The notes beneath the pieces were generated by a model. The model saw only the letters and a list, made by a program, of their open reading frames with translations. It was not told the origin of the DNA and searched no databases. A DNA stretch of 59,600 nucleotides from Candidatus Uhrbacteria bacterium (lineage in GTDB: Bacteria > Patescibacteriota > Patescibacteriia > UBA9934), in NCBI GenBank assembly GCA_943359345.1, contig CALRHE010000004.1, positions 1 through 59,600 of the forward strand, written 5' to 3'. The translations under genes were made by a program, and so were the position numbers. This document shows, piece by piece, positions 57,271 to 59,600 of the stretch. How positions within the stretch are numbered: position 1 is the stretch's first letter; every line of letters starts with the position of its first letter.

Positions 57271-57396
57271 GAATCGAGATAGGAGAATTCGTTCATGATA
57301 CTGTCACTCGGAGTGAGCGACAAGAACGTTTACACACAGCTCGACCGGGTGTTGATAATTCTTTGCATCCACCCGAGCTCTAGGTAGACTTAAAGC

Positions 57397-57789
57397 ATGC
57401 TTGCAACGCTGTATCAGCTGTCACAACCAAAAACCTGGCTCTGGGTGCTTATTCCGTTTGTGTTAGGGCTGCTGCTCTCAGGCGTTCATCCAGCTGCCTT
57501 AATCCATCCAACCGTCATAGCCTTCCTGGTTTACTTTACCTTGCCAGCGAATTTGTTATTGCATAACCCTAAACCAACTGGGCAGCTCAGGCTCCAGATC
57601 ATCACCATAACAACCCCGTTCTTAATTTTGCTCGTCTACCTCGACCCACTGGCCAGCTTGGTATTTTGTTCATTTGTGGCCACCTGTATCTACACCCCCA
57701 AGCTCCCGCGACTAGCAGCGCTGCGGTACGTCTTGCCCTTAGCCTTTGGTTTTTTCCTAATGGGTGGCGGATTTGGTGCCTTCACCTAA
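57397..57789 (+). CDS. Miniaturised UbiA-like prenyltransferase homolog lacking the Asp-rich motifs (possible pseudogene)
   Basis: LSQPKTWLW, VYFTLPANLL..NPK resemble the UbiA/lycopene-elongase N-terminus; only 130 aa; no NDxxD motif. Confidence 0.5.
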   Translation: MLATLYQLSQPKTWLWVLIPFVLGLLLSGVHPAALIHPTVIAFLVYFTLPANLLLHNPKPTGQLRLQIITITTPFLILLVYLDPLASLVFCSFVATCIYTPKLPRLAALRYVLPLAFGFFLMGGGFGAFT

Positions 57790-58229
57790 GCAACTAGCAA
57801 TGTGACCGCCAAAACTAAGGCTGTCCACCAGGTTATTATCGAAATACAGAAACTGAGTGTGATCATGAACTTCCAAGGTTTAGGCAACAGCTCGGTCGAC
57901 CTACCTGCTCGTTCTCGTGCCAACAAGCGCGGGCTAACCCACAGGCTCAACCACAACCCGTTCACGATCATGATTAGCAAAATGATCCCATGCGCAATCA
58001 TTACGAGCGACGGCCCGAGCAAAGAGTAATACCACGCGCCTCCGAGCGCCGCGATAAACAAGCCCATCCAAATGAGCGGTTTAGTTACTTTATGCGTACG
58101 GATAGTCGCTTCGGTCCAGTAACCGGATCGCTGTCCGAGGAACCCCAAGGTTTCGATCACACTGACCGCTCCTAAACCAATCACAAAACCGGCTACCCAA
58201 ATTACAGCCACTACCTCAAGCGTTGTCAT
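57786..58229 (-). CDS. Hypothetical 4-TM membrane protein
   Basis: GFVIGLGAV.VI, YWTEATIRTHKVTKPLIW, SPRLL.RE..G...ELLP. Confidence 0.75.
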   Translation of the reverse strand: MTTLEVVAVIWVAGFVIGLGAVSVIETLGFLGQRSGYWTEATIRTHKVTKPLIWMGLFIAALGGAWYYSLLGPSLVMIAHGIILLIMIVNGLWLSLWVSPRLLARERAGRSTELLPKPWKFMITLSFCISIITWWTALVLAVTLLVA

Positions 58230-58244
58230 ATGAAGTGGTAAAAA

Positions 58245-59435
58245 CTACAACGGCAATCCGGTCAAACCATTTAGCCAAAGCTTGCTGCCGCCGACTTTTT
58301 TGACTTTCAAATAAGCAGTCCCCGGGTAAACACTAACAATAACTTCACCCGATAAAAACGGCTGGTAGAAATACTTACTGCCATCAACAAAGGTAACTGT
58401 AACTGCACCAGTTAAACTCCCGGTCACGGACGTAATGTCTGAATTTACGGCCGGATCATGGCTGCCATAAACTGGATGGAGCCCGTTCTCGGCTACTGTG
58501 TTCATCTCATCAATGATTCCGTCGCCATCATCATCTAGGCCATTCGGATATTCAATCGTATAGGCCACTAACAAGCCATCTTCTAATAGCCCATCCTCGA
58601 GGGCAGGATCAAGAAAATTATTATAGGTCATGACCAAGCCACTATCTTCGGCCGTCACCGCCGACAACACGCCAGCTGTGCTAGTTAAAGTAATCCCCTC
58701 TTGATTTGTTCCCGGCCAATTGAAACTATCAATAAAAGTTCCATCCGGAGTACGACTCTCGAGAATATTGAGTCCGTCATAGCCGGCATAGACTTTGTTA
58801 GTGACTGGCGAATAATACAGGGCCGACAAATCCGTATAACCGCTAGTCATGTGAATCTCCTCTTTGAAAATACCCGCACCAGCAACTCCCGGGTCAGCGT
58901 CAAATACGTAGATATCCCCGTCCTCTTGCCATCCGGCATAAAACAACCCGCCAAAACTGGTCACGCCATGCGCATGTACTCCGTCTGGCACAAAAGTTAA
59001 GCCTTCAATACCGTTAGAGCCACCAACCTCAGTAATGTAAGCTGAAAAATCTACATACCAACCAGTTAATGCACCGGTGTCTAAATTGAAAGCATACGAT
59101 CTCGAAGTATTTTCTTCTGCCAAGTACACCAGGTTACCAGCTAAACCCACGGCTACATCTTCTAAATCATAAGCCGATCCTAAGTCCCAGCTAGCCTTAA
59201 CTAAGCCAGTTTTAGTCAACTCAGCCACCTCTCCCTCATCAGAGACCACAACCATGGAATCGCGGGCTGAAATATACACCACCCCACTTGGCTCAAAAGC
59301 TGGGAAAACCTCCTTCAGGATTACAGAAATATCCGTTCCGGCTGGATCTGCCGGCCAACCACTAGCAAAAATTTCAAGCCCTGGCGATAAAATTATCGCT
59401 AGTATCATGCTTACGCTTAAAAGATATTTTTTCAT
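58245..59435 (-). CDS. Secreted SdiA-regulated/YjiK-like beta-propeller protein
   Basis: Signal peptide; repeats FEPSGVVY, DLEDVAV, GIEGLTFVP, DLSALYYSP, QEGITL; DDDGDGIIDE Ca-binding-like loop. Confidence 0.72.
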   Translation of the reverse strand: MKKYLLSVSMILAIILSPGLEIFASGWPADPAGTDISVILKEVFPAFEPSGVVYISARDSMVVVSDEGEVAELTKTGLVKASWDLGSAYDLEDVAVGLAGNLVYLAEENTSRSYAFNLDTGALTGWYVDFSAYITEVGGSNGIEGLTFVPDGVHAHGVTSFGGLFYAGWQEDGDIYVFDADPGVAGAGIFKEEIHMTSGYTDLSALYYSPVTNKVYAGYDGLNILESRTPDGTFIDSFNWPGTNQEGITLTSTAGVLSAVTAEDSGLVMTYNNFLDPALEDGLLEDGLLVAYTIEYPNGLDDDGDGIIDEMNTVAENGLHPVYGSHDPAVNSDITSVTGSLTGAVTVTFVDGSKYFYQPFLSGEVIVSVYPGTAYLKVKKVGGSKLWLNGLTGLPL

Positions 59436-59491
59436 AATCTTATGATAGCAGATTTTGTTAATAAACTATCGTACTTGATAAAAACTAGATT

Positions 59492-59579
59492 TGGCGGAAG
59501 AGGAGAGATTCGAACTCTCGATACCTTGCGGTATACACGCTTTCCAAGCGTGCGCACTAGGCCACTATGCGACTCTTCC
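59492..59579 (-). tRNA. tRNA-Ser(GGA), CCA encoded, long variable arm
   Basis: GGAAGAG/CTCTTCC acceptor stem, CACGC-TTGGAAA-GCGTG anticodon arm, ATACC-GCAA-GGTAT variable arm. Confidence 0.95.
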
Positions 59580-59600
59580 GGATTACTTCCACTTTCGTTG

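Overview
A 59.6-kb chromosomal window from a reduced-genome bacterium read with the standard genetic code 11. Gene content and style (short MetG, Pif1-like helicase, UvrD-nuclease fusion, CxxC-x17-CxxC protein, DUF2914, LxG[AG]GC lipoboxes, few Shine-Dalgarno sites) suggest Patescibacteria/CPR, probably Parcubacteria-like; this is an inference. The left third is an ~18-kb minus-strand run: the H+-type F1Fo ATP synthase operon (atpZ/I-like, B, E, F, H, A, G, D, C), then a six-gene group-4-hydrogenase-related (Ehr/Hyf-like) membrane complex, a UvrD/PD-(D/E)XK helicase-nuclease and mreB. The top candidate for an undescribed system is this Ehr-like complex. All six genes are intact and tightly coupled, but the small subunit has lost all four canonical [4Fe-4S] cysteines, the large subunit lacks the NiFe motifs, and several conserved charged residues of the proton-translocating subunits are neutralised, which suggests a repurposed non-redox complex. 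A second candidate is a small GIY-YIG nuclease embedded in REP/REPIN-like palindromic doublets, with a degenerate copy 14 kb away. Other notable items are: stand-alone GC-rich ORFan cassettes with their own promoter, strong SD and terminator; a perfect 49-nt structured element repeated behind two of them; a nested integration scar at tRNA-Asn carrying a possible CNF1/CheD-like Cys-His protein and a DUF817::recombinase chimera; and dispersed 7-nt and 9-nt tandem repeats, one translated inside DnaG. The rest is housekeeping (tatD, metG, rsmI, ahpC, pepA, arfB, glmS, csp, greA, msrA, typA, dnaG, rpoD) plus three tRNAs (Glu, Asn, Ser). All family assignments come from motif recognition by eye; no database searches were run.
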